Source: Arthrobacter sp. FW305-BF8 (GTDB lineage: Bacteria > Actinomycetota > Actinomycetes > Actinomycetales > Micrococcaceae). From it: 32,000 nt of DNA. The translations under genes were made by a program, and so were the position numbers. Where the stretch lies: contig NZ_CP084561.1 in the NCBI RefSeq assembly GCF_021789315.1, positions 744,927-776,926 on the forward strand, given 5' to 3'. A model generated the notes under the pieces. It was not told where the DNA came from. It saw nothing but the letters and a program-made list of their open reading frames with translations, and searched no databases. Positions 18,391 to 26,829 of this stretch are shown here, in pieces (the stretch's first letter is position 1; every line of letters starts with the position of its first letter).

Positions 18391-18900
18391 TTACTTTGAA
18401 GTGGAAAACCGGCCTGGAGTGGAAGAGGCCCGGCCGAGCAGGGACTCGACGGCGGCGGCGGCCTTGGGCACCGCATCGGCCACCGCCGGCGAAAGGCCGA
18501 TGCCTTCGGACAGGTCTGCGGGGACACAGCCCACCACGTACGTCACCGGCAGGCTGCCGCCCATGGACCGAAGCCGGCCCAGCACGGCCGCCGGGTCCAT
18601 GCCGTGGGGATCGAGCATGGCCCTGCTGTCCAGGTCCGCCGCGCTGACCCGTAGCACGCGGATGCTGCCGGGAGCCCAGCTACCGTCCGCAGGCACCGTG
18701 TCCACGAGGACCAGGGTGCCGACGCCGGCCAAAAGATCGTAGGCCAGGTGCATGCCGCGGATGCCGTAGTCCACCACGCGGACGCCGGTAGCCAGCGGCT
18801 GCGGATGGTCGGCGAGGTGACGTGCCACCTCGGGGCCGAAGCCGTCGTCGTGCAGGAACATGTTCCCGACGCCGGCCACGAGGACGCCGCCGGCGGTCAC
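18391..18900 (-). CDS. hupD: [NiFe]-hydrogenase maturation endopeptidase (HyaD/HupD/HybD family)
   Basis: Contains VLVAGVGNMFLHDDGFGPEVARHL and later DPHGM, matching the metal-ligand Asp/His pattern of this family. The GTG start overlaps the stop of the 39-aa ORF (GTGA). Confidence 0.85.
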   Translation of the reverse strand: MTAGGVLVAGVGNMFLHDDGFGPEVARHLADHPQPLATGVRVVDYGIRGMHLAYDLLAGVGTLVLVDTVPADGSWAPGSIRVLRVSAADLDSRAMLDPHGMDPAAVLGRLRSMGGSLPVTYVVGCVPADLSEGIGLSPAVADAVPKAAAAVESLLGRASSTPGRFSTSK

Positions 18901-19016
18901 ATCCGCCGCACTTTCATGTACCGCCGGATGTCCGGAACTGCGCGGATTCCGACGTAGATGCCCCAGAGTGCCATCGCTGCAAGCACCGAAACCGTGGCCA
19001 TTCCTATTGCCTTCAT
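18897..19016 (-). CDS. 39-aa single-TM microprotein (not in ORF track; below size cut-off)
   Basis: Hand translation of the minus strand gives MKAIGMATVSVLAAMALWGIYVGIRAVPDIRRYMKVRRM*. The ATG overlaps the upstream gene stop (TAATG) and the stop overlaps the protease GTG (GTGA). A purine-rich GGAGGGAAAGGAA lies 7-8 nt upstream. The product is one hydrophobic helix plus a basic tail. Confidence 0.65.
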   Translation of the reverse strand: MKAIGMATVSVLAAMALWGIYVGIRAVPDIRRYMKVRRM

Positions 19017-20413
19017 TACGGGTTTTCCTTTCCCTCCAGCGGCTCCAGTTCGTCAGGGGCGTAGTAGAAGGACCGGCCGTAGCCCTCGTGAAGATCGGCC
19101 GCCGGATCCTGCTCGAGGACGAGCCCGACGTGGGTGCTGCCGTCGACGTCGAAATGCACGCTGGTGACCCGCCCGGTCTGCCCGCCGAAGAACAGGTCCT
19201 GGGCGTCGGCGCGCCGGTTCGGGTGCACGCGCACCCGGCTGCCGCGGGCCACCGCGACGCCGTTGATCACGACGGCGTCCTGGTCCGGCCGGACACGGGC
19301 CTCCGCCTCCGGATTCCACCACGGAACGTCCTGGCTGGCCGTGCTCCACGATTCCGCCGGGGCATAGTCACCGGGATCCGCGGCGAACGCGCGCGGGTTC
19401 CGCAGGGCGCCGTGCAGCTGCTGCAGGTCCTCCGGCGACATCGCCTCACAGCGGTCGATGACGGCGGCGGCCCGCGAGTCCGTCGCCCGCGCCTCGGCCT
19501 TTTCCTCGTCGGTCAGCGTCAGTACCCGCAGCGTGAGGATCTCGTCGATCTCGGTGGAGTCATACAGCGCCACCGAACTTTCCGGGGCGACCGCGGGATG
19601 ATCGTAAAGAATGATGGGCGAGATCAGCAGCACGTCGGTCTGGCCTTCGGGGCCGGCCAGCACGGGCCAGCAGCGGTGCTGGGAACACAGCCCGGCTGCA
19701 GGCTGTGCCCACCCGGGCGGGTCCAGCAGCGAGACGAAATCCCCGTCCCGCACGCCGAGCAGCACGTGGGCGCCGATGAAGGAGGCCGCGGCCGCGTCCT
19801 GCCGGTTCCCGGCCGGCAGGGGACCGGCCGGCAGCGGATGAGCCGTGTTGGCCGCGGTGATGCTGAGCCGCAGCAGCCCGCCGGAATCTTCGGCGGCATG
19901 CAGCCGCAGTTCTCCGCGGAGAGCACGACGGCGGCGCACCAGCCGGCCGGCCGGCCTCCCGGCGTCGTCCTTGAGTTCCTCGACGTCGAGTCCCTCGGGT
20001 ACCTCCACCGGCAGGACCTGTCCGGCCCGGAGCTGGGCCACGGAGAACGGCCCGAACCCCACTTCCTGTTCTACGGCCTCGTCCCAGCTCAGCCAGTTCG
20101 CACCGCCCACGGTGAGGCTGTCCACGGGAGTGAACCCGCCGCCATCGTCCGCTTTTTCTGCCGTGCGCGTCTGCAGCTGCAGGAAGCGGAAATGGATTTC
20201 AAGCCCGGCCTCGGCGCCGGGGGCAAGCAGGCAGTCGGCGGACATGGACGGTTCCTCCCCGCTGCCGTCCTCCGCGGCGCCGGGCGGACCCAGGATCCCG
20301 AACTGCCAGCGGACCTGGTTCTTCTGGGCGGAGGCCCGGTAGGGGTAGAGCAGGTAGCCCTCGTAGAGGACGGCGTCCGCGACGGCCCGGGCAAGGGCCA
20401 GACTGGTGTTCAT
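19016..20413 (-). CDS. Conserved hypothetical protein of group 1h hydrogenase clusters (465 aa)
   Basis: The internal ATG (residue 71 of the tracked ORF) overlaps the upstream stop as ATGA. The product begins MNTSLALARAVADAVLYEGYLLYPYRASAQKNQVRWQFG. I recognise no catalytic motif. It is co-oriented with, and translationally coupled to, hydrogenase genes on both sides. Confidence 0.7.
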   Translation of the reverse strand: MNTSLALARAVADAVLYEGYLLYPYRASAQKNQVRWQFGILGPPGAAEDGSGEEPSMSADCLLAPGAEAGLEIHFRFLQLQTRTAEKADDGGGFTPVDSLTVGGANWLSWDEAVEQEVGFGPFSVAQLRAGQVLPVEVPEGLDVEELKDDAGRPAGRLVRRRRALRGELRLHAAEDSGGLLRLSITAANTAHPLPAGPLPAGNRQDAAAASFIGAHVLLGVRDGDFVSLLDPPGWAQPAAGLCSQHRCWPVLAGPEGQTDVLLISPIILYDHPAVAPESSVALYDSTEIDEILTLRVLTLTDEEKAEARATDSRAAAVIDRCEAMSPEDLQQLHGALRNPRAFAADPGDYAPAESWSTASQDVPWWNPEAEARVRPDQDAVVINGVAVARGSRVRVHPNRRADAQDLFFGGQTGRVTSVHFDVDGSTHVGLVLEQDPAADLHEGYGRSFYYAPDELEPLEGKENP

Positions 20414-21063
20414 GGCCGTTCCCCGGAAACATCCGCGGTGGCCTGCGCGAGGAGTTTCTCCACCGCCGATTCCCACGACGTGAGGCCCTCGGCGGACTTG
20501 TACCGGGCGAGTGCTGCCAGGACGTCGCGGTCCAGGCGGATCCATCCGGCGTTCGGGAAGTACTGGTCCATGAGGCTGCGCCAAGCGGCGACGGGCAGTT
20601 TGTAGGACGCCTCGAGGTCCCACGGCACCTGTTCCACCGTGAACCCGGTCTGCCCTTTGGTGAACACGGTGCCGGAGAACAGCAGCTCCAGCGGTATCTC
20701 GCCGTCGCGCAGCGCATGCAGGTATTTGGCGGCGGCCACGTCGAAATCAAACGTGCAGGGCAGCGGGAGGTCCGCCTCGGTGCTGCCCGTGAAACCCTGC
20801 ACCATGGTGCTGCACTGCATCCAGATGAACGACTTGAGCGTGCTGGGCCAGCGTCCGCGGTCTCCGAATAGGTCCAGCAGGCCCGTCTCCTCCTCGGGCG
20901 CGTACCCGCGGCGCTGGGGCAGGATCCGGACCTGGCAGCGCAGCGCCACGGCGTGCACCACGGCCCCGGTGCCTTCCGTCAGCTGCAGCCTGGCCGTCAG
21001 CTGCGGGGCGGCGGCGTAGGGTTCGGGCCGGATCTCCATCACGGCGAAGGAAAGCTCGGTCAC
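20410..21063 (-). CDS. Conserved hypothetical protein (recalled as DUF6084-like), hydrogenase-associated
   Basis: 217 aa, beginning (V)TELSFAVMEIRPEPYAAAPQLTARLQL. The GTG start overlaps the upstream stop (GTGA). No motif is recognised. Confidence 0.7.
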   Translation of the reverse strand: MTELSFAVMEIRPEPYAAAPQLTARLQLTEGTGAVVHAVALRCQVRILPQRRGYAPEEETGLLDLFGDRGRWPSTLKSFIWMQCSTMVQGFTGSTEADLPLPCTFDFDVAAAKYLHALRDGEIPLELLFSGTVFTKGQTGFTVEQVPWDLEASYKLPVAAWRSLMDQYFPNAGWIRLDRDVLAALARYKSAEGLTSWESAVEKLLAQATADVSGERP

Positions 21064-21773
21064 CGGAAGCCTCCCGTGCCGGCGGAATCTGCCGGCGCCG
21101 GAACGCTGCGGCGGTTGATCCGGTCGAAGAAGGAGGCGAGCTCATCGCGTGCCTCCTGGCCGCCGTCGAACCCCCGCCAGAGGCGGCGCAGCCGGCCCAC
21201 AAGCTCGTAGCAGGCGTCCACCGGAACGAGGTGGCAGTCCGCGGCGGCCCTGCCCGGGCCCGGGCCGCGGATCAGCAGCGCCTCCGTGTCCGGCGCCGCG
21301 AGGCCGAGGGCCGGGTTGCGGGCCAGCACGCTGTCCCAGGCGGCAAGCGGCAGTTCCGATTCGGTGGCCCCGGCCGGGCCCGGGTAGAACGCCACCGTGC
21401 GCCCGAGCTTGGAACTGCGGAAGAAAAACGCCAGGCCCACCGGAATTTCCAGTTCGTCCCACTGCCCAGGGCCGAGATCGAAGCCGGGGAAGGAGAAGTA
21501 TCTGTCCGGCACCGAGCGGTAGCGCAGATGGGCGGTCGCATCGGTGAAGAGGAGGTAGCAGGGCCGGCAGGTGCACATCATGGCGTGGCTCCCCAAGTCC
21601 ACCACGTGCTGGTGTGCCTCGGAAATCGGTTCGCCGCACATTTCGCAGCATTCCCCGGCGGCAGGAGCGGGCCGGTTCGCGGAAATCCGCCGCAGCAAGG
21701 CCACCGGCAAGGTGCCGTTGGCCTGGCCGGTTCCCGGGCCGCGCCCTGTACCTCCTCCGTTCTCCATGTTCAT
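21060..21773 (-). CDS. Cys-rich conserved hypothetical protein (recalled as DUF5947-like), hydrogenase-associated
   Basis: The ATG at 21773 lies 1 nt after the hhyE stop. The N-terminal region carries CCEMC-x20-CTCRPC plus three His residues, a probable metal site. The remaining roughly 170 aa are uncharacterised. Confidence 0.7.
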   Translation of the reverse strand: MNMENGGGTGRGPGTGQANGTLPVALLRRISANRPAPAAGECCEMCGEPISEAHQHVVDLGSHAMMCTCRPCYLLFTDATAHLRYRSVPDRYFSFPGFDLGPGQWDELEIPVGLAFFFRSSKLGRTVAFYPGPAGATESELPLAAWDSVLARNPALGLAAPDTEALLIRGPGPGRAAADCHLVPVDACYELVGRLRRLWRGFDGGQEARDELASFFDRINRRSVPAPADSAGTGGFR

Positions 21774-21774
21774 C

Positions 21775-23013
21775 TCAGCGGTCCTGTCCGCCGGCTGCCT
21801 GCAGTTCCGGGGCAATGCCGGGCGCCGGCGTCGCGATGGGCACGGACACGCCGGCTGCAGGTGCCGGTCCACGTGCCGCCTGAACGGACACCGCCGCAGA
21901 CACCGGGGCCGGCTCCGCCGGGGCCGGCTCCGCCGGGGCCGGCTCCGCCGGTTCCGGTCCAGGCGCCGCCGGGACGGGTTCCAGCCCGGCCGGTGTCACC
22001 AGCGGGATTGCCTGCACCGGCGTCACGGCTGCCGGGGCTGCCGGTACCGGGGCAACCGCCAACGGCGCGGACTGCACGGACACCGTCGGGACCGCCACGG
22101 ACATCACTCCGTTCCGGACCAGCAGCGGAAGCGGCTCCAGGTGCAGGTCCTTGTCCTCGAGGCAGGTGCCCGCCCGCCGCACGTCAAAGTGGCCGCGGCA
22201 GGTAGGGCAGGTGAGCAGGCCGCCGCCAACCGGTGCCGCGAGGGCGCGCTGCAGCACGGCGCCGGCCATGGAACCGGTGCAGCGCGGGCAGTAGTCGCGG
22301 TAGGCGTAGATGTCCTGGCCTGTCCGGCAGGCCAGCACCGCGTAGCCGCCGACCAGGAAGCCTGCCACCTCGCCGGGTTCGAGCCCGGCGATCTCCGGAA
22401 CCGGTTCCCACGTGCCGCCGGACATGTCGTGCCAGGATTCGGCGGGCGTGCCGCCCGCCGGATTGTTCACCCGGACCAGCAACGAATCCACCGGAATCAG
22501 CGCCGGGGCGCCCGGCTGCTTTTCCGCTTCGACGACGTCGATGGCGGTCACCTCGGGGGCGGCGTTCTGGATGGCCTCCTCAACGGCGTACTTGAGCGTG
22601 ACGGACGATGACGGGCACCCTTGGCAGGTGCCGAGCAGCTTGAGCCGCACCACGCCGTCGGGACTGATGCCTTCGAGCTCCACGTCGCCGCCGTGGGAGC
22701 CGAGGTAGGGCCGCACACTGTCCAGCGCCGCGGCCACCCGCGCCTCCAGCGAATGGGGGTGCAGCCCGTGGATCACCAGGAGGCCGGCCACCAGGCTGTC
22801 AGCGGTCAGCGCTTCCAGAGTGACGTCGTCGAGCTTTCCATGGGCCTGCAGGATCTCCATGATCCGCTGCAGTCCCGCGCCGTAAAGGTCTGTCACCTGC
22901 CGGACCAGGTCCTCGGCACGGCCGCGGGCCACCGCCCCGCCGGCGCCGAGGGCGTCAAGGAGTGTGCCTATTTGGTCGCCGCTCTGCAGCGCCGGCCGGT
23001 CCCCGCCGAGCAT
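21775..23013 (-). CDS. hhyE: NifU-domain / Rieske-fold-like putative Fe-S protein of Hhy clusters with Pro/Ala-rich tail
   Basis: Contains a NifU C-terminal domain (VRPYLGSHGGDVEL...LLGTCQGCPSSSVTLK). This is followed by a Rieske-like beta segment whose ligands are CPRC...CPTC instead of CxH...CxxH. A roughly 110-aa P/A/V-rich tail follows, including (AEPAP)x3 encoded by three perfect 15-bp repeats at 21905-21949. The gene starts 3 nt after the hhyL stop. Confidence 0.75.
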   Translation of the reverse strand: MLGGDRPALQSGDQIGTLLDALGAGGAVARGRAEDLVRQVTDLYGAGLQRIMEILQAHGKLDDVTLEALTADSLVAGLLVIHGLHPHSLEARVAAALDSVRPYLGSHGGDVELEGISPDGVVRLKLLGTCQGCPSSSVTLKYAVEEAIQNAAPEVTAIDVVEAEKQPGAPALIPVDSLLVRVNNPAGGTPAESWHDMSGGTWEPVPEIAGLEPGEVAGFLVGGYAVLACRTGQDIYAYRDYCPRCTGSMAGAVLQRALAAPVGGGLLTCPTCRGHFDVRRAGTCLEDKDLHLEPLPLLVRNGVMSVAVPTVSVQSAPLAVAPVPAAPAAVTPVQAIPLVTPAGLEPVPAAPGPEPAEPAPAEPAPAEPAPVSAAVSVQAARGPAPAAGVSVPIATPAPGIAPELQAAGGQDR

Positions 23014-23016
23014 GGC

Positions 23017-24810
23017 CTACTCGCCGGTCAGGGTCTGGGTGGGGGAGTGGAGCATGTCCAGCGTCTGCCCGTTGCCCAGGTACATGTGGACACCGCAGGG
23101 CAGGCAGGGATCGAAGCTGCGGACGGTCCGCATGATGTCGATGCCCTTGAAGTGCTCGCGGTCGTTCTCCTCGAAGATCGGCTGCCCCTGGACCGCGTCC
23201 TCATAGGGGCCGGCCACACCGTTGGAGTCGGTGGGGCTGGCATTCCATGGAGTGGGCGGGTAGGGGTGGTAGTTGGCGATCTTGCCGTCGCGGATCACCA
23301 TGTGGTGGGACAGGACTCCGCGGACCGCCTCGGTGAAGCCGCAGCCGATGCCTTCATCCGGGACCTCGAAGGTTTCCCACGTCTTGGTGCGTCCGGCCCG
23401 GATCTCCTCGAGGGCCTTTTCCGCGAAGTGCAGCGCCGCAGCCGCGGCGTAGGCCTGGAAGTAGGTGCGGGCGCGGTTGCGTTCGAGCGTGTTGCTCCAC
23501 TGCGGGATGTTCCACTCGAACGTGACGGGCCCCTTCAGAGCGGTCTTGGGCAGGTTGATCTGGACGCTCCTGCCGGTGGCCTTGAGGTAGCCGATGTCCA
23601 CGAGTCCGGCGAGCGCCGTGGCCCAAAGCCGTGCGAGTGGGCCGCCGCCGGTGTCCAGGGCGAGGTTGTCCTGGCCGTCGAACCAGCGCGGGGACATGAC
23701 CCAGCTGTACTTGTCCGAGAGGTCGCGCTTCTGCGGCCGCGGGTTGGTGTGCTGGTTCCACGGATGCCTGCGGTCCACCGGGTTGCCCAGCGGATCGTGG
23801 GTAACGAACATTTCCTGGTCTTCCCAGTCCTCGTAGTACGAAGAGCCGAGCATGATTCGCAGGCCCAGGTTGATGCGCACCAGGTCGGTGGTGACCAGTT
23901 TGCCATCCACCACCACGCCCGGGGTGACGAACATCTTCCGGCCCCACTCGGTCATGTCCTTGTATTCGAAGTTGCAGTAGTCCGGGTCCTGCAGCGACCC
24001 CCAGCAGCCCAGCAGCGTCCGCCGCAGCCCCACCTGCTCATAGCCCGGCAGTGCCTCGTAGAAGAAATCGAACAGGTCGTCGTGCATCGGGACGACCTTC
24101 TTCATGAACTCCACGTAGCGCATGAGCCGCGTGAGGTAGTCCGTCATCAGCTGGATGGTGGCCACCGTCCCCACGCCGCCCGGATAAAGCGTGGAGGGGT
24201 GCACATGGCGGCCCTCCATGAGGCAGAACATCTCGCGGGTGGCGCGGCTGACCTGCAGGGCCTCCCGGTAGAACTCGCCGGTGAAGGGGTTCAGCGAGCG
24301 CATGATGTCGGCGATGGTCCGGTAACCGTGGTCCGCCTCATGCGGTGCCCGGGTGTTTTCGGCCTTGGCGAGGACGCCGGGGTTCGTTTCGGAGACCATC
24401 TTTTCGCAGTAGTCCACGCCAACGAGGTTTTCCTGGAAGATGTTGTGGTCGAACATGTACTCGGCGGCTTCGCCCAGGTTGACGATCCATTCGCCCAGGC
24501 TCGGGGGCTTGACGCCGTAAGCCATGTTTTGCGTATAGCAGGAGCAGGTGGCATGGTTGTCGCCGCAGATCCCGCAGATGCGGCTGGTGATGAAGTGGGC
24601 GTCCCTTGGGTCCTTGCCTTTCATGAAGAGGGAGTAGCCGCGGAAGATCGAGGAAGTGCTCTTGCATTCCACGACCTGGTTGTTCTCGAAATCGATCTTT
24701 GTGTAGATGCCGAGGCTGCCGACGATCCTGGTGATGGGATCCCAGTTCATTTCCACCAGGTTGCTGTTGCCCGCTCCGCTTCCGGAACCCATGGGAATTG
24801 TTGACGTCAT
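23017..24810 (-). CDS. hhyL: [NiFe]-hydrogenase large subunit, group 1h (formerly group 5)
   Basis: The L1 motif TSRICGICGDNH and the L2 motif SFDPCLPCGVH are present, and I recall these as the published group 5/1h signatures. A 22-aa extension after the terminal His (MYLGNGQTLDMLHSPTQTLTGE) is consistent with endopeptidase processing. Confidence 0.95.
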   Translation of the reverse strand: MTSTIPMGSGSGAGNSNLVEMNWDPITRIVGSLGIYTKIDFENNQVVECKSTSSIFRGYSLFMKGKDPRDAHFITSRICGICGDNHATCSCYTQNMAYGVKPPSLGEWIVNLGEAAEYMFDHNIFQENLVGVDYCEKMVSETNPGVLAKAENTRAPHEADHGYRTIADIMRSLNPFTGEFYREALQVSRATREMFCLMEGRHVHPSTLYPGGVGTVATIQLMTDYLTRLMRYVEFMKKVVPMHDDLFDFFYEALPGYEQVGLRRTLLGCWGSLQDPDYCNFEYKDMTEWGRKMFVTPGVVVDGKLVTTDLVRINLGLRIMLGSSYYEDWEDQEMFVTHDPLGNPVDRRHPWNQHTNPRPQKRDLSDKYSWVMSPRWFDGQDNLALDTGGGPLARLWATALAGLVDIGYLKATGRSVQINLPKTALKGPVTFEWNIPQWSNTLERNRARTYFQAYAAAAALHFAEKALEEIRAGRTKTWETFEVPDEGIGCGFTEAVRGVLSHHMVIRDGKIANYHPYPPTPWNASPTDSNGVAGPYEDAVQGQPIFEENDREHFKGIDIMRTVRSFDPCLPCGVHMYLGNGQTLDMLHSPTQTLTGE

Positions 24811-24840
24811 TGTCTTCTTCGCCTGTCTGGAATGGGGTGG

Positions 24841-25899
24841 TTACCAGGTGCGCCGGGCCCCGGTGAGGAGCTCGGGTCCGGGCCGGCGCCACTTGGGCTC
24901 CTGGTCCAGGGTGTGCGTCGTGATGCCCCTGAGCGTCCGGATGGCGGAGCCGTAGGGCCGGATGGTGCTGGTGGAAAGCTTGCCGCCGGGAGGCTCATCC
25001 ATGAAGGGCATGAACTTGTCCGGGAAGCCCGGCATGGTGCAGCCGATGCAGATGCCGCCGACGTTGGGGCAACCGCCGATGCCGTTCATCCACCCGCGCT
25101 TAGGCACGTTGCACTTCACCACGGGGCCCCAGCAGCCGAGCTTGACGATGCACTTGGGGGAGCCGTACTCGGTGGCGAAGTCGCCCTGCTCGTAGTAGCC
25201 GGCCCGGTCGCAGCCCTCGTGGACCGTCTTGCCGAACAGCCAGGTGGGTCGCAGTGCCTCATCCAGCGGAATCATCGGTGCCTGGCCGGTGGCCTGATAG
25301 AGCAGGTACGTCATGGTTTCGGAGAGGTTGTCAGGCTGGATCGGGCATCCGGGCACGCACACGATGGGGATGCCGGCCTTGGACTTCCAGTCGTAGCCGA
25401 GGTAGTCCGGCACACCCATGGCGCCGGTTGGGTTGCCGGCCATGGCGTGGATGCCGCCGTAGGTTGCGCAGGTTCCGGCGGCAATGATCGCGGTGGCCTT
25501 GGGTGCCAGGCGGTCCAGCCACTCACTGGTGGTGATGGGCTGGCCGGTCTCGAGGTCGTTGCCGAACCCGCACCAGTAGCCGCCGGGGTCATGGAGCTTC
25601 TCGTTGGGAATGGATCCCTCGACCACCAGCACGAACGGTTCAAGTTCGCCCCGGTCCGCCTTGCGGAACCATTCCAGGAAGTCGTCGGCCCCTTCCTGCG
25701 GGCCGCATTCAAAGTCGATCAGTGGCCAGTGCATGGCGATCTTCGGCAGGCCGGGCAGCGCCCCGAGGGCGATTTCCTCGACGCTCGGCTGGGTGGCCGC
25801 GGTCAGGGCCACCGAGTCGCCGTCACAACTGAGCCCTGCGTTGATCCACAGCACGTGGATAAGGGCTTCTTCGGCCTTGAGGGAAGTTTCCGTAGGCAT
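24841..25899 (-). CDS. hhyS: [NiFe]-hydrogenase small subunit, group 1h, no Tat signal
   Basis: Fe-S cluster Cys patterns are present (LSCDGDS, GTCATYGG, CVPGCP, CNVPKRGW, GGCPNVGGICIGCTMPGFPD). The N-terminus MPTETSLKAEEALIHVLW lacks a twin-arginine leader, as expected for cytosolic group 1h enzymes. Confidence 0.92.
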   Translation of the reverse strand: MPTETSLKAEEALIHVLWINAGLSCDGDSVALTAATQPSVEEIALGALPGLPKIAMHWPLIDFECGPQEGADDFLEWFRKADRGELEPFVLVVEGSIPNEKLHDPGGYWCGFGNDLETGQPITTSEWLDRLAPKATAIIAAGTCATYGGIHAMAGNPTGAMGVPDYLGYDWKSKAGIPIVCVPGCPIQPDNLSETMTYLLYQATGQAPMIPLDEALRPTWLFGKTVHEGCDRAGYYEQGDFATEYGSPKCIVKLGCWGPVVKCNVPKRGWMNGIGGCPNVGGICIGCTMPGFPDKFMPFMDEPPGGKLSTSTIRPYGSAIRTLRGITTHTLDQEPKWRRPGPELLTGARRTW

Positions 25900-25929
25900 C
25901 GTTGCCTCTTTCAGTGCCCCTGCTGGGGT

Positions 25930-26826
25930 TCAGTGTGCTTGTGTCAGGGTGCCGGTCAGGGGTTCTGACGCGGCTGTCCCGGAGGTTGGCGCCGCCGCTT
26001 GGGGGGTGGCGCCGTCGAGCCAGCCGTACCAGGCGGCGAGGCCTTCGCCGGTGGCGGCGGACAGCGTGAGGAATTCGGCCCGCGGATTGATCTGCCGGAT
26101 CCGGTGCAGGCATCGGTCGACGTCGAACTCGACGTAGGGGAGCAGGTCCGACTTGTTGACGATCACGAGGTCGGCTGCCATGAACATGTGCGGGTATTTC
26201 TGGGGTTTGTCATCACCTTCCGTTACCGAGACGATCACCACCTTGGCCGTTTCGCCGAGGTCAAACAGCGCGGGGCAGACGAGGTTGCCCACATTTTCAA
26301 TGAAGACCGTGGAGCCCGGCTCTGGCGACAGCGCGTCGAGGCCGTGCCGCAGCATGTCGGCGTCGAGATGGCAGCCGGCTCCCGTGTTGATCTGGATGAC
26401 CGGGCGCCCGGTGGCGCGGATGCGGTCAGCGTCGAGGGACGTCTCCTGGTCCCCTTCGATGACTCGCGCGTCCAGGCGCCTGCCCAGTTCGGTCAGCGTG
26501 CGGACCAGGAGGGTGGTCTTGCCGGCACCCGGTGAACTCATGACGTTGAAAGCCCGCACCCCCCGGCCGGCAAGCCAGCCGCGGTTCGTGGCGGCCAGCA
26601 GGTTGTTCTTGGCCAGCAGATTCTGCTCGAGCACGATGGTTTCTGGGCCCGCCGCCGCATGGTGGTGCCCGTCCGTGTGCCCTTGGGGGGAGTGGTCGTG
26701 GGTGTACGTGCGCCCGTGCTCATCGGTGTGGCTGTGCGGGTGCCCCTGCCCGGGTGTGTGCAGTTCGCCTGCGAGGTTTGAAATGCGGGTGCCGGCCTCG
26801 TCGCCGCAACCGCATGTTGTACACAT
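25930..26826 (-). CDS. hypB: Hydrogenase nickel-incorporation GTPase HypB (His-rich N-terminus)
   Basis: Has the N-terminal MCTTCGCG metal site, a His-rich stretch (GHPHSHTDEHGRTYTHDHSPQGHTDGHHH), the P-loop SSPGAGKTTLL and the G-domain motifs ENVGNLVCP and NKSDL. Confidence 0.92.
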   Translation of the reverse strand: MCTTCGCGDEAGTRISNLAGELHTPGQGHPHSHTDEHGRTYTHDHSPQGHTDGHHHAAAGPETIVLEQNLLAKNNLLAATNRGWLAGRGVRAFNVMSSPGAGKTTLLVRTLTELGRRLDARVIEGDQETSLDADRIRATGRPVIQINTGAGCHLDADMLRHGLDALSPEPGSTVFIENVGNLVCPALFDLGETAKVVIVSVTEGDDKPQKYPHMFMAADLVIVNKSDLLPYVEFDVDRCLHRIRQINPRAEFLTLSAATGEGLAAWYGWLDGATPQAAAPTSGTAASEPLTGTLTQAH

Positions 26827-26829
26827 GCC

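Noticed and set aside
22100-22420. Canonical 2His-2Cys Rieske centre in the hhyE product
   Set aside because: The expected CxH and CxxH boxes read CPRC and CPTC, so I report it as an all-Cys Rieske-fold-like site instead.
22621-24804. 727-aa plus-strand ORF antisense to hhyL. Similar long ORFs include 2728..4416 +, 5772..6986 +, 5758..6966 -, 10674..13184 -, 18860..20605 +, 24832..25968 +, 26153..27373 +, 16578..17753 + and 17750..18742 +.
   Set aside because: Their translations are Arg/Gly/Pro/Ala/His-rich low-complexity strings, typical of off-frame or antisense reading of high-GC genes. Each one overlaps a gene with clear family motifs on the other strand or frame.
24841-25899. Tat signal on the hydrogenase small subunit, which would imply a periplasmic group 1a-f enzyme
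   Set aside because: The N-terminus MPTETSLKAEEALIHVLW has no RRxFxK motif or hydrophobic leader. The frame upstream of the ATG is closed by the hypB stop region.
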